Assembly: GCA_038245905.1 (NCBI GenBank)
Contig: JBBRRY010000014.1
Span: forward strand, 1-64,000
Direction: 5' to 3'
Length of the DNA stretch: 64,000 nucleotides
DNA from: Thermoanaerobaculia bacterium
GTDB lineage: Bacteria; Acidobacteriota; Thermoanaerobaculia; UBA5066
Positions within the stretch are counted from its first letter, which is position 1; each line of letters begins with the position of its first letter. The notes beneath the pieces are model-generated. The model searched no databases and had not been told where the DNA came from. It worked only from the letters and a program-made list of their open reading frames with translations. Of this stretch, positions 18,054 through 30,203 are shown one piece after another. A program made the translations under genes and the position numbers.

Positions 18054-20671
18054 CGTCGTCGCCGGGCGACCTCTTCGAAGATGAGGGCCCGGCTGCAGGC
18101 CGGTTCGTGGTCGAAGACGTTGTGTCGCGGGACGCGCCGCTCGCCGAGCGGATGCGTCCACGGGATCTCTCGGAAGTCGCCGGCCCGCCCGACCTCGTGG
18201 GGGAGGGCTCGTTCCTCGCGAAGGCGCTCGCCGCCGACACGGTTCCTTCTCTCGTCTTCTGGGGCCCGCCGGGGAGCGGCAAGACGACGCTCGCCCGCAT
18301 CATCGCCGCGAAGACGCAGGCGCGCTTCATCGGCTTCTCGGCCGTCGTCTCGGGCATCAAGGAGATCCGGACCGTGATGGAGGAGGCGTCCCGCGCCAGG
18401 CGCCGGGGCCGCCGGACGCTCCTCTTCGTCGACGAGATCCATCGCTTCAACCGGGCGCAGCAGGATGCCTTCCTGCCGTTCGTGGAAGCCGGCGACATCG
18501 TCCTCGTGGGTGCCACGACGGAAAATCCGTCGTTCGAGCTGAACGGCGCGCTGCTGTCGCGTCTCCGAGTCGTGATCCTGCCGCCGCTCGAAGAGAAGGA
18601 GCTCGTTCTGCTGATGAAGAGGGCCTTGGCGGAGCCCGTACGAGGGCTCGGGGCGCGGGCGACGGTGAATGAAGAATCCTTCGAATGGTTAGGACGCTTC
18701 GCGGACGGCGACGCCCGACGGGCGCTCACGGCACTCGAAGCGGCAGTCTCCCATCTTCCTTTCAAAGAAAATTCTCTTTCTTCTTCTTCCCCTCTGCCTT
18801 CTCTCTCGGTCCCCCTCCTCGAGGACCTCTTCAAGAGAAAAGTGCTGCTCTACGACAAGTCCGGCGACGAGCACTTCAACCTCATCTCGGCGCTCCACAA
18901 GTCGCTGCGCGATTCGGATGTCGACGCGTCGCTCTATTGGCTCGCCCGTATGCTCGAGGCGGGGGAGGACCCGCTCTACGTGGCGCGCCGTCTCGTCCGC
19001 TTCGCGTCCGAGGACATCGGGCTCGCCGATCCGTCCTCGCTCACGCTCGCGGTCGCCGCCAAGGAGGCCGTGCACTTCATCGGCATGCCTGAAGGCGCCC
19101 TCGCCCTTGCCGAGATCGTCGTTCACATGGCGCTGGCGCCGAAGTCGAACGCGCTCTACACGGCATATGCCGAGGCCGCGGCCGACGTGCACGAGCGTCC
19201 GAACGAGCCGCCGCCGCTCGCGATCCGGAATGCCCCGACGAGGCTCATGAAGCAGGCCGGTTACGGCGCAGGTTACAAGTACGCGCACGACACCGAAGAG
19301 AAGACGGCCGGCTTGTCCTGCCTTCCGGATTCGCTCGCGAGCCGGAACTACTACCGGCCGTCCGGCGAGGGACGCGAGAAGGACCTCAAGGCGCGCGCGG
19401 AGGCGATCCGAGCGCTTCGGGAGAAATTGAAGAAGGGGATCTTGCTTCTCGCTCTCGTCCTCGCCCTCTTACCTTCTAGGAGGATCTTCTCGGCGCCTCC
19501 CGACGTCGCGCCCGTAGGTGTCTGGCACGCGGCGCTCGTTCCGTCCGAAGGGCGCGAGGTCTTCTTCGACCTGAAAATAGTCGCGACGGGCGCGGGTCTT
19601 TCGGCTGCGCTCGTGAACGACCGGTCCGAGTTCGCCTTCACGTCGGCCTCCTGGGACGGGACGAAGCTCACGCTCGAGCTCGCGAACTACGACGCGAAGA
19701 TCGTGGCGGAAATAGAGGGCGGCCGGCTCGAGGGCGGCTACACGCGCGTCGTCGCGGCGGGCCTCGCGGCGGTGCCATTTCGGGCCTCCCGCAAGGCGCG
19801 TCCGCTCGTGGCCGCGCCGAAGGACGGCGTTTCTCTCGCCGGAAGCTGGGGTGTCGAGATGTTCGACGGGAAGAAGACTGAAAAACTGACAGGCGTCTTC
19901 CGCCAGGAGGGCAGCGCCGTAACGGGAACGTTTCTCTCGACGACCGGCGACTACGGCTCTCTGCACGGCAGCTTCGACGGAGAGCAGCTCGTCCTGACCG
20001 TCTTCGACGGTGTCCACGTCTACCGTTTCGACGCGGAGCTGCTGCCGGACGGCACGCTTGCGGGCGAGTACCGCTCGCGCACGAATCCGCCCGTGCCGTG
20101 GCGAGGAAGGCGGCTGGACGCGGCCTCCCGGACCACGTTTCTCCCGGATTCCTTCGACATCGTGAAGCCGCGGAATCCGGCCGCTCCCTATGTCGTCTCG
20201 TTTCCCGACGTCGAGGGCCGCATCGTATCGACCTCGGACGCGCGGTTCGCCGGTAAGCCGATGCTCGTGGCCTTCATGGGCACCTGGTGCCCGAACTGCG
20301 CCGACGAGGCGCCTTTTCTCAGGGAGCTCGAGACACGATACGGGCCGCGCGGCCTTGCCGTGCTTTCCCTGTCGTTCGAATACGCGGACGACGTGGAGCG
20401 GAACCGCCGCCAGGTGAAGCGGTTCGTCGAGCGCTTCGGCACGAAGCATCCGATCCTCCTCGCGGGCACGACGAAGGACGCCGCGACATCTCCCGCGACG
20501 CTTCCGCTCGTGGGTTGGGAGGGCTACCCGACGACGCTCTTTCTCGACCGCCAGCACCGCATCGTGAAGATCCATTCCGGCTTCGACGGCCCGGCGACGG
20601 GAGAGCGCTTTACGAAGCTGAAGAAGGAGATCGAGGGAGCGGTGGAGATGCTCCTGGGATCGGCGAATTAG
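18050..20671 (+). CDS. rarA: Replication-associated recombination protein A in frame with a TlpA-like thioredoxin-fold protein
   Basis: PLAERMRP, WGPPGSGKTT, FVDEIHRFN, GATTENP, ISALHKS, ASEDIG, YKYAHD; C-terminal GTWCPNC and GYPTTLFLDR. Confidence 0.85.
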   Translation: MTSSPGDLFEDEGPAAGRFVVEDVVSRDAPLAERMRPRDLSEVAGPPDLVGEGSFLAKALAADTVPSLVFWGPPGSGKTTLARIIAAKTQARFIGFSAVVSGIKEIRTVMEEASRARRRGRRTLLFVDEIHRFNRAQQDAFLPFVEAGDIVLVGATTENPSFELNGALLSRLRVVILPPLEEKELVLLMKRALAEPVRGLGARATVNEESFEWLGRFADGDARRALTALEAAVSHLPFKENSLSSSSPLPSLSVPLLEDLFKRKVLLYDKSGDEHFNLISALHKSLRDSDVDASLYWLARMLEAGEDPLYVARRLVRFASEDIGLADPSSLTLAVAAKEAVHFIGMPEGALALAEIVVHMALAPKSNALYTAYAEAAADVHERPNEPPPLAIRNAPTRLMKQAGYGAGYKYAHDTEEKTAGLSCLPDSLASRNYYRPSGEGREKDLKARAEAIRALREKLKKGILLLALVLALLPSRRIFSAPPDVAPVGVWHAALVPSEGREVFFDLKIVATGAGLSAALVNDRSEFAFTSASWDGTKLTLELANYDAKIVAEIEGGRLEGGYTRVVAAGLAAVPFRASRKARPLVAAPKDGVSLAGSWGVEMFDGKKTEKLTGVFRQEGSAVTGTFLSTTGDYGSLHGSFDGEQLVLTVFDGVHVYRFDAELLPDGTLAGEYRSRTNPPVPWRGRRLDAASRTTFLPDSFDIVKPRNPAAPYVVSFPDVEGRIVSTSDARFAGKPMLVAFMGTWCPNCADEAPFLRELETRYGPRGLAVLSLSFEYADDVERNRRQVKRFVERFGTKHPILLAGTTKDAATSPATLPLVGWEGYPTTLFLDRQHRIVKIHSGFDGPATGERFTKLKKEIEGAVEMLLGSAN
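18674..18776. repeat. Dispersed motif, convergent pair in rarA
   Basis: + GAATCCTTCGAATGG 18674-18688; - CCTTTCAAAGAAAATTCTC 18758-18776 followed by CT-rich tract. Confidence 0.55.
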
Positions 20672-20717
20672 CGAGCCAGAAGAGCGCCGAAGTCGTGCAG
20701 ATCATGTGTAGGTCTCC

Positions 20718-21281
20718 TCAGGCGATCCGGCCCGCCCGCAGGGCGAGGGGCCAGGAGATCGCCTTCTCCGCGGCGGCGTCGCCCCACGCGGCGGCGAGGC
20801 GCGGCGCGAGTTCGGAGATGGGGTCGCGGCCGGTCTCCTTCGCGCAACGCTTCACGGCGGACCACGTGGAGAGGTAACCGAGCGTCCGTTCGAGATCCCA
20901 CGCGGCCGTCATCGTCACGGGCGGAACGGGGATTTCTTCGAATGGAAAGAGAAGATCGGCATAGCGGCGGGCGACGATCGCGCGCTCGGGCGGCCAGTAC
21001 GCTTCGACGGACGCGTGGAAGGCGCGGAAGACCGCATCGACCGCCGGCGAATCCGGGATGTCGAAGAGGTCGTACGCCCAGACGGCAATCGCCGCGCCCT
21101 CGCCCCCGACTCTCTTCACCTCGGCTGCCTGCCCGCTCCCGGTGCCCGCGTCCCAGCAGACGGTGTGCCGCGTGACGAGCGCCGCCACCGCGTCGAAGAG
21201 CTCCGGCGGATACGTCGGCCGGAAGCGTGTGTAGTCGCCCGCGTGGCCCGAGAAGTGGTCCTGGAAAGTGGTCCCGCTCAG
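20718..21281 (-). pseudogene. Class I SAM-dependent methyltransferase with apparent internal in-frame deletion
   Basis: FQDHFS..Y..FRPTYP, WDAGTGSGQAA joined directly to EVKRV; WDLERTLGYLSTWSA. Confidence 0.6.
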
Positions 21282-22750
21282 ATTTCTTCGCGCCGGTAGT
21301 TGGGAGCTTCCTTCGTGATGATGACGTCGTGCGCGTGGCTCTCCCTCAGGCCGGCCGCCGTGATGCGGACGAATTTCGCCTTCTTCACGAGGTCGGGCAG
21401 GCTCGCCGCGCCGGCGAGGCCCATGCCCGAACGCACGCCTCCGGTGAGCTGCGCCAGGAGCGTCGAGACGGGGCCCTTGTGCGGCACCATGCCCTCGATG
21501 CCCTCGGGCACCATCTTGCGCGGCTCCTCCTCGTCCTGGAAGTAGCGGTCGGCCGAGCCCTGTTTCATCGCGCCGATCGAGCCCATGCCGCGGTACGCCT
21601 TGAACGTGCGGCCCTGGTAGAGGATTGTTTCGCCGGGCGCCTCGTCGGTGCCCGCGAAGAGGCTGCCGATCATCACGGAGTGCGCGCCCGCGGCGAGGGC
21701 CTTTGTGACGTCGCCCGAGAACTTGATGCCGCCATCCGCGACGAGCGAGACGTTCGACTTGCCGAGACCCTTCACGCATTCCCGGATCGCGTGAATCTGC
21801 GGCACGCCCGCACCGGTGACGACGCGCGTCGTGCAGATGGAACCCGGTCCGATGCCGATCTTCACGGCGTCCGCGCCCCGCCGGACGAGATCCCGTGTGC
21901 CTTCCGCCGTCGCCACGTTTCCCGCGAGCACGGGTGTCGAGGGAAACTTCCTCTTCAGGGACGTCAGGGCGGAAAGCACGCCCTCGCTGTGGCCGTGCGA
22001 GGAGTCGAGGACGAGGATGTCGACCTTCGCGGCGACGAGCTCACGGGCGCGGTCGAGGAGGTCGCTGCTCGCGCCCACGGCCGCGGCAACGCGCAGGCGC
22101 CCGAAGGAGTCCTTGCAGGCGCTCGGGTACTTGATCTGCTTCTGGATGTCCTTGACGGTTATGAGGCCCTTGAGATTTCCCGCCCGATCCACGACGAGGA
22201 GCTTCTCGATGCGGTGACGATGGAGGAGCTCCTTGGCCTGCTCGAGTGTCGTGCCCGGCGGACAGGTCACGAGGTTTTCCTTCGTCATGCGCTCGGAGAT
22301 GGGGAGGTCCATGCGCGTCTCGAAACGAAGATCGCGATTCGTCAGGATGCCGACGAGCTTGCCGCGGTCGTCCACGACGGGAACACCCGAGATCCGGAAG
22401 TTCGCCATCACTTCGAGAGCCTCCGAGATCTTCTGCGTCGGACGGCACGTGACGGGGTCGACGATCATCCCGCTCTCCGACCGCTTCACCTTGTCGACCT
22501 CGGCCGCCTGGGCCTCGATCGTCAGGTTCTTGTGAATGACGCCGAGGCCGCCGTTCTGCGCCATCGCGATCGCGAGGCGCGACTCCGTGACCGTGTCCAT
22601 CGCGGCCGCGAGAATGGGGATGTTCAGGCCGATCCCCGTCGTGAGCCGGGTTTTCAGGTCGGTGTCGGCGGGATGGACCTTCGAGCGAGCGGGCAGGAGA
22701 AGAACGTCGTCGAACGTGAGGGCGAGCGGGATCTCCCGTTCATTCACCAT
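21278..22750 (-). CDS. guaB: IMP dehydrogenase
   Basis: [18 protein letters not shown] pair, [17 protein letters not shown]. Confidence 0.97.
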   Translation of the reverse strand: MVNEREIPLALTFDDVLLLPARSKVHPADTDLKTRLTTGIGLNIPILAAAMDTVTESRLAIAMAQNGGLGVIHKNLTIEAQAAEVDKVKRSESGMIVDPVTCRPTQKISEALEVMANFRISGVPVVDDRGKLVGILTNRDLRFETRMDLPISERMTKENLVTCPPGTTLEQAKELLHRHRIEKLLVVDRAGNLKGLITVKDIQKQIKYPSACKDSFGRLRVAAAVGASSDLLDRARELVAAKVDILVLDSSHGHSEGVLSALTSLKRKFPSTPVLAGNVATAEGTRDLVRRGADAVKIGIGPGSICTTRVVTGAGVPQIHAIRECVKGLGKSNVSLVADGGIKFSGDVTKALAAGAHSVMIGSLFAGTDEAPGETILYQGRTFKAYRGMGSIGAMKQGSADRYFQDEEEPRKMVPEGIEGMVPHKGPVSTLLAQLTGGVRSGMGLAGAASLPDLVKKAKFVRITAAGLRESHAHDVIITKEAPNYRREEI

Positions 22751-22790
22751 GCGGATTCATACCACAGAGGGCCCGTTTGAGGGGACGGCG

Positions 22791-25628
<2,838 letters not shown>

Positions 25629-25690
25629 GAGAGGAGGGCGCGCACGGCGCGCACGCGGAGGGCAGAGTTTAGCAGGGAGAGGGAGAAGAG

Positions 25691-25706
25691 GATTTTCTTA
25701 GAAAGG
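25691..25706 (+). repeat. Dispersed motif, intergenic consensus copy upstream of secA
   Basis: GATTTTCTTAGAAAGG flanked by GA-rich tracts; 15 bp identical to 44023-44037. Confidence 0.65.
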
Positions 25707-25715
25707 TGAGGAGAG

Positions 25716-25736
25716 TCTGACCGCTACGCGGTCAGA
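25716..25736 (-). terminator. Hairpin overlapping the M23 peptidase stop codon
   Basis: Perfect 9-bp stem TCTGACCGC-tac-GCGGTCAGA followed by a pyrimidine-rich (not pure T) tract. Confidence 0.4.
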
Positions 25737-26613
25737 AGGCGTTCAATACGTAGTCGAGCGGGTTCACCGGCTTGCCGTCGGCGTGCACCTCGTAGTGAAG
25801 GTGCGGCCCGGTGGAGCGACCCGTCGAGCCCACGAGCGCCACGAGGTCGCCGCGCCTCACGCGCTGACCTTCGGCGACGCGCGCCGTCTGGAGATGACCG
25901 AACAGGGTGGTGACGCCGTAGCCATGGGCGATCTCGACGAAACGGCCGTACCCCTTGTCCCAGCCGACGCGCACGATCGTGCCCGACGCCGGGGCGACGA
26001 CGCGGTTCCCGGCGGGCGTCGAGATGTCGATGCCGGTGTGAAACTCGAGGTGGTTCGTGAACGGATCGGGACGGCTTCCGAAGCCCGCCGTGAGGACGCC
26101 GGCGGCGGGAACGATCGTGGGCGTCAGGGCGAGCTGGTCGGCCTGAAGGGAGAGCTTCTTTTCGACGAGCTTGAGACGCGAGGAGAGTAGCGCGCCGCGG
26201 CGCCCGGCTTCGCTCAGGCCCGAGTCGATGGAATCCGCGGGATTGACCGGCACGGCTGAAAGTCCGCCGACGCCGCCAAGCCCCGGGTCGCGCACCGCCG
26301 ATAGTCCGGCCACGATCGAGAGCCGTCGCGTCCGGTCCTCGAATTCGGCCAGCATCTTCTCGATCGATTCGAGACGGGTGTTCGTGAGCGACGCCCGCGA
26401 CCGGAGGTCGGAGTTCTCCGCCAGGATGGCGGTGACCTCGCTGTTCTTTCGGATCGAGCGGACCCAGAGTGTCGAGAAGGTCACGCCGAGGAGAACCGAA
26501 AGTCCGAAGCAGATACCCAGAGACCACAGCAGCCGTGAAGAGACACGGAACTGCCGAAAACGCGCCCTGGCGTGGGGCAGGAAGATGATGGTGTGGTCTC
26601 GTTTTTTCGGCAT
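25732..26613 (-). CDS. M23 family metallopeptidase
   Basis: N-terminal TM, coiled coil, FHTGIDI, STGPHLHYEV. Confidence 0.9.
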   Translation of the reverse strand: MPKKRDHTIIFLPHARARFRQFRVSSRLLWSLGICFGLSVLLGVTFSTLWVRSIRKNSEVTAILAENSDLRSRASLTNTRLESIEKMLAEFEDRTRRLSIVAGLSAVRDPGLGGVGGLSAVPVNPADSIDSGLSEAGRRGALLSSRLKLVEKKLSLQADQLALTPTIVPAAGVLTAGFGSRPDPFTNHLEFHTGIDISTPAGNRVVAPASGTIVRVGWDKGYGRFVEIAHGYGVTTLFGHLQTARVAEGQRVRRGDLVALVGSTGRSTGPHLHYEVHADGKPVNPLDYVLNAF

Positions 26614-26713
26614 CCGTCTGGCTCCGTGGGCGCTCCCTTCCCTCTACTCCACTCGGTGACCGAAAAACTGTTGCACGAACCTACACGGGAAAGGCCTTCG
26701 CTTGAGCGATGGA

Positions 26714-26742
26714 ATTCTTAGTCCGTGCGGTGGGGGTGTCAA
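26714..26742 (-). promoter_or_regulatory. Putative sigma70 promoter for the M23 peptidase gene
   Basis: Minus strand TTGACA (26737-26742), 16-17 nt spacer, TAAGAAT (26714-26720). Confidence 0.5.
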
Positions 26743-26784
26743 GAAGAAACGTTTTCGCCATCCAACCCATTGACAAGAGGGCAT

Positions 26785-28311
26785 CTAGGTCAGTAGGGCT
26801 GAGTCCGGGGCAGGCCGATAGCGAAGTGCCTCGGCGATATGGGCCGGCTGAATCACCGGGGCCTCCTCGAGGTCCGCGATCGTCCGGGCGACGCGCAGAA
26901 CGCGCTGGAACCCCCGCGCCGACAGCGTGAGCCGGTCGACCGCGCGCGTGAGCAGCGCCCGGGCTTCGGGCGCCGTCTTGAGAATCGTGCGGGCGAGACG
27001 TCCCGTCAGGGCCGCGTTCACGAGGCGTGGATCTCCGCTCCGGGCCGCCTGGAGAGCGCGGGCCCCCTCGACCCGGGCGCGAACTGCGTGGGAGGCCTCG
27101 CCGTCTCCGTCCCCGCCGAGGTCCGACGAGGCGAGGGCCGGCACCTCGACGTGGAGGTCGATCCGGTCCAGGAGCGGCCCGGAAATCTTCCGGCGATACC
27201 GCGCGACGTCGCGGGGCGAGCACGAACAGGCGCGGCGCGGATCACCGCGGAAGCCGCACGGGCACGGGTTCATCGCGCCGACGAGTAGGAATCGGGCCGG
27301 AAACGTCCTCGCCCCGGCCACGCGCGCAACGGAGACCATTCCGTCTTCGAGCGGCTCGCGCAACGCCTCGAGGGCGTCCCTCCGGAACTCGGGCAGCTCG
27401 TCGAGGAAGAGGACTCCGAAATGAGCGAGCGAGAGCTCCCCCGGGCGCGGGTCGGCGCCACCGCCCGCAAGCGCCGCCGCCGAAGCGCTGTGATGAGGCG
27501 CGCGGAACGGGCGCTCGGAGAGGAGTCCGCTGCCCGCGGGAAGGCGGCCCGCGACGCTCCAGATGCGCGTGACCTCGAGGCTCTCCTCGCGCGAGAGAGC
27601 CGGGAGGATTCCGGGCAGACGTCTCGCCAGCATCGTCTTGCCCGAGCCGGGAGGCCCGGAGAACAGGATGTTGTGGCTCCCGGCCGCCGCGAGCTCCAGC
27701 GCCCGCCGCGCGATCGCCTGGCCCCGGACGTCCGCGAGGTCCGGCCCGGATCCGGCGGCCGGCCGGTGGACGGCCGAGGGCGCGACGCGCGGCAGGGGCT
27801 CGCGGCCGAGCAGGTGGGCGATCGCCGCCCCGAGGTGAGGCGCGGCGAACACGGGGAGGGAAGGCACGGCCGCCGCCTCTTCTGCGTTTCCCATCGGCAC
27901 GAGCAGGGCCCGCTCCTCGCGGCGCGAGGCTTCGGCGAAGGACAGAACGCCGGGCACGGGGCGGAGCTCGCCGTCGAGAGCAAGCTCCCCGACGAGCGTC
28001 ACGTGCCGGAGAGCCTCGGCAGGCAGGTCGCCGTTGGCCGCGAGAATCGCGAGGGCGACGGCGAGGTCCAGCGCCGTGCCGGATTTCGGGAGGTCGGCGG
28101 GCGCGAGATTCACGACGACGGCTTTCGGCGGGATCGGAAAGCCGACGTGGCGGAGCGCCGAGCGGACGCGCTCGCGGCATTCCTTCACGGCGGCGTCCGG
28201 CAGGCCGACGATCGTGAGGGCAGGAAGGCCCGCCCCGATCGCCGCTTCCACGACGACCGTGCGGCCCTCGAGGCCGGCGACCGTCGCGGAGTACGCCCGG
28301 GCGACGGTCAT
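26785..28311 (-). CDS. comM: YifB/ComM family Mg-chelatase-like AAA+ ATPase
   Basis: IVGLPDAAVKE, GPPGSGKTMLA, RPFRAPHH, LFLDELPEF, MNPCPCG, SGPLLDRID. Confidence 0.92.
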   Translation of the reverse strand: MTVARAYSATVAGLEGRTVVVEAAIGAGLPALTIVGLPDAAVKECRERVRSALRHVGFPIPPKAVVVNLAPADLPKSGTALDLAVALAILAANGDLPAEALRHVTLVGELALDGELRPVPGVLSFAEASRREERALLVPMGNAEEAAAVPSLPVFAAPHLGAAIAHLLGREPLPRVAPSAVHRPAAGSGPDLADVRGQAIARRALELAAAGSHNILFSGPPGSGKTMLARRLPGILPALSREESLEVTRIWSVAGRLPAGSGLLSERPFRAPHHSASAAALAGGGADPRPGELSLAHFGVLFLDELPEFRRDALEALREPLEDGMVSVARVAGARTFPARFLLVGAMNPCPCGFRGDPRRACSCSPRDVARYRRKISGPLLDRIDLHVEVPALASSDLGGDGDGEASHAVRARVEGARALQAARSGDPRLVNAALTGRLARTILKTAPEARALLTRAVDRLTLSARGFQRVLRVARTIADLEEAPVIQPAHIAEALRYRPAPDSALLT

Positions 28312-28319
28312 GTCCGACT

Positions 28320-30203
28320 TCAGTTCACGGTGACGAGCGAAAGCACGAGGATCTGCCCGGCCTGGAGAGAGTGCGGCGAACGGATGCGGCGGTTCTGGCG
28401 CCGGATCTCGTCGACGCTCACGCCGTAACGCGAGGCGATTCCGTAGAGCGTGTCGCCGGGCTTGACCCTGTGGCGAACGACGTGTCGCTCCGGCGCCGCA
28501 GGGCCTCCGGACGGCGTGTCTGCGAATCCTTCCGCGGGAATCGCGATCGCGGAGGGCATGGGCAGGCGAACGAGAACGACCGGAGCGGCCGTGGGCGGAA
28601 CGGACGTAAAGGGCCCAACCTCCGACGCCTGCCGGACGGCGGCCGCGGGCGTCGGGACGCCGCGAATCTCGCCTTTGGGCGAGGAGGAAGCAGCGACGAG
28701 GACGTCGTGGGAAGCGGTAGCGCGCTTCGTCGGGACGACGAGAACGGTGCCCTTCTTCGGGTGGGCCGTGCGCGGCAGGTCGTTCCAGTCGCAGAGTTCG
28801 GCGATCGAGACGCCTGCCCGGCGCGCGATTCTTCGAAGCGTCTCGCCTTTCTTGACGACGATGCGCCTTTCGGTGATCGCTGGCGCGGAGGGAAGCGACG
28901 CGATACGGGGGGCCAGGAGCGCCGCCGTCCCCGCGGGGACGCGCAGCTCGTACGAGGGCACGCCGTGCGGCGTGGACCGCGTGCGGAGCTCGCTGTTCAG
29001 GAGCTGGAGGTCGGGAAGCGCGTTACCCGTGAGCTCGGCCACGCGCGCGAGGTCGACCGGCTTCTTCACGGTCACGGTCTCCCAGGCGAGGGGTGGATCG
29101 GGCACGACGTCGAAGCCGAATCGGGTCGGATCCTTGGCGATGAGCGCCGTCGCGAGAACGAACGGTACGTAATCGCGAGTCTCGCGCCGGAGCGTGCTCC
29201 CGGCCGAAAGCTCCCAGAAGTCGCGCGCGCCCGTGCGCTGGAGGCTCCTGAGGATCTTGCCCTCGCCGGCGTCGTAGGCCGCCATCGCGAGATGCCAGTC
29301 CCCGAACATCTCGTAGAGGTCCCGGAAATAGGCGGCGGCGGCACGGGTCGACTTCACGGGATCGCTACGCTCGTCGAACGAGGCGTTCCGCCTCAGGCCG
29401 TAGCGCTTGCCGGTGCCCGGGATGAACTGCCAGAAGCCATGAGCGGCCGCGCGGGAGTGGGCCTGGTATTTGAACGCCGACTCGATCATCGCGACATAGA
29501 CGAGGTCCTCGGGAACGCCTTCCTCCTTGAGGATGCCGCGCATGACGTTCATGTAGCGCCCGCTACGCTTGAGGGCGGCCGCGAACGCCATGGGAGTCCG
29601 GAACTGATAGAAGGCGACGGCCCGGAGGACGGCGTCGTTCACGACGATCGGAATGTCGAAACCGGCTCCCGCGGGAGCCGATGCGATTTCCGTCTTGGCC
29701 TTCTCGATCTCGTCGCGGGAGGGAAGGGGAGCCCTCGCGACGAGGCTGTCGCGCGGGTCCTCCGCCGGCGGTCGCTCGGCCTCGGCCACGCGGTTTCCGG
29801 CCTCGATCGCGGGGCGGTAAAGCGCGATCGAGTCATAGAGTTCGGCCGCGAAAGCGAGATCGGATGCGTTTCCGGAACGCGCCGATACCCGGAACGTATC
29901 GAGAGCGCTCTGGAAGGCCTCGCGGGCGCAGTCGCTCTGGCCGGCGAGAGCAAGGGCCTTCCCGCTGTAGAAGAGTTCCGTGGCCTGAATTCGGGCGGCC
30001 TGGGTCGCGTCCGGCTCCTCGAGGGCGGGTGGGTGAGCCAGCTGCGCCTTCCGCGGGTCCGTCGCGCAGCCCGAAAGGGCGGCGACGAGAGCCCCCAAGG
30101 CGATTTGTGAGGCCCGGCCGGAGAGCCGGGAAGGAGTGGTCATCGAGGACGAGTGGACTCGACCGGGAGCGCTTTGGTCAAGCGAAATCGATTCTGGGTT
30201 CAT
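28320..30203 (-). CDS. mltD: LysM-containing lytic transglycosylase (MltD-like lipoprotein)
   Basis: LSGC lipobox, AMIESAF, GFWQF, AAYDAGEG, ETRDYVP, LysM repeats; ATGA overlap at 30203 (alternative start 30143). Confidence 0.8.
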   Translation of the reverse strand: MNPESISLDQSAPGRVHSSSMTTPSRLSGRASQIALGALVAALSGCATDPRKAQLAHPPALEEPDATQAARIQATELFYSGKALALAGQSDCAREAFQSALDTFRVSARSGNASDLAFAAELYDSIALYRPAIEAGNRVAEAERPPAEDPRDSLVARAPLPSRDEIEKAKTEIASAPAGAGFDIPIVVNDAVLRAVAFYQFRTPMAFAAALKRSGRYMNVMRGILKEEGVPEDLVYVAMIESAFKYQAHSRAAAHGFWQFIPGTGKRYGLRRNASFDERSDPVKSTRAAAAYFRDLYEMFGDWHLAMAAYDAGEGKILRSLQRTGARDFWELSAGSTLRRETRDYVPFVLATALIAKDPTRFGFDVVPDPPLAWETVTVKKPVDLARVAELTGNALPDLQLLNSELRTRSTPHGVPSYELRVPAGTAALLAPRIASLPSAPAITERRIVVKKGETLRRIARRAGVSIAELCDWNDLPRTAHPKKGTVLVVPTKRATASHDVLVAASSSPKGEIRGVPTPAAAVRQASEVGPFTSVPPTAAPVVLVRLPMPSAIAIPAEGFADTPSGGPAAPERHVVRHRVKPGDTLYGIASRYGVSVDEIRRQNRRIRSPHSLQAGQILVLSLVTVN

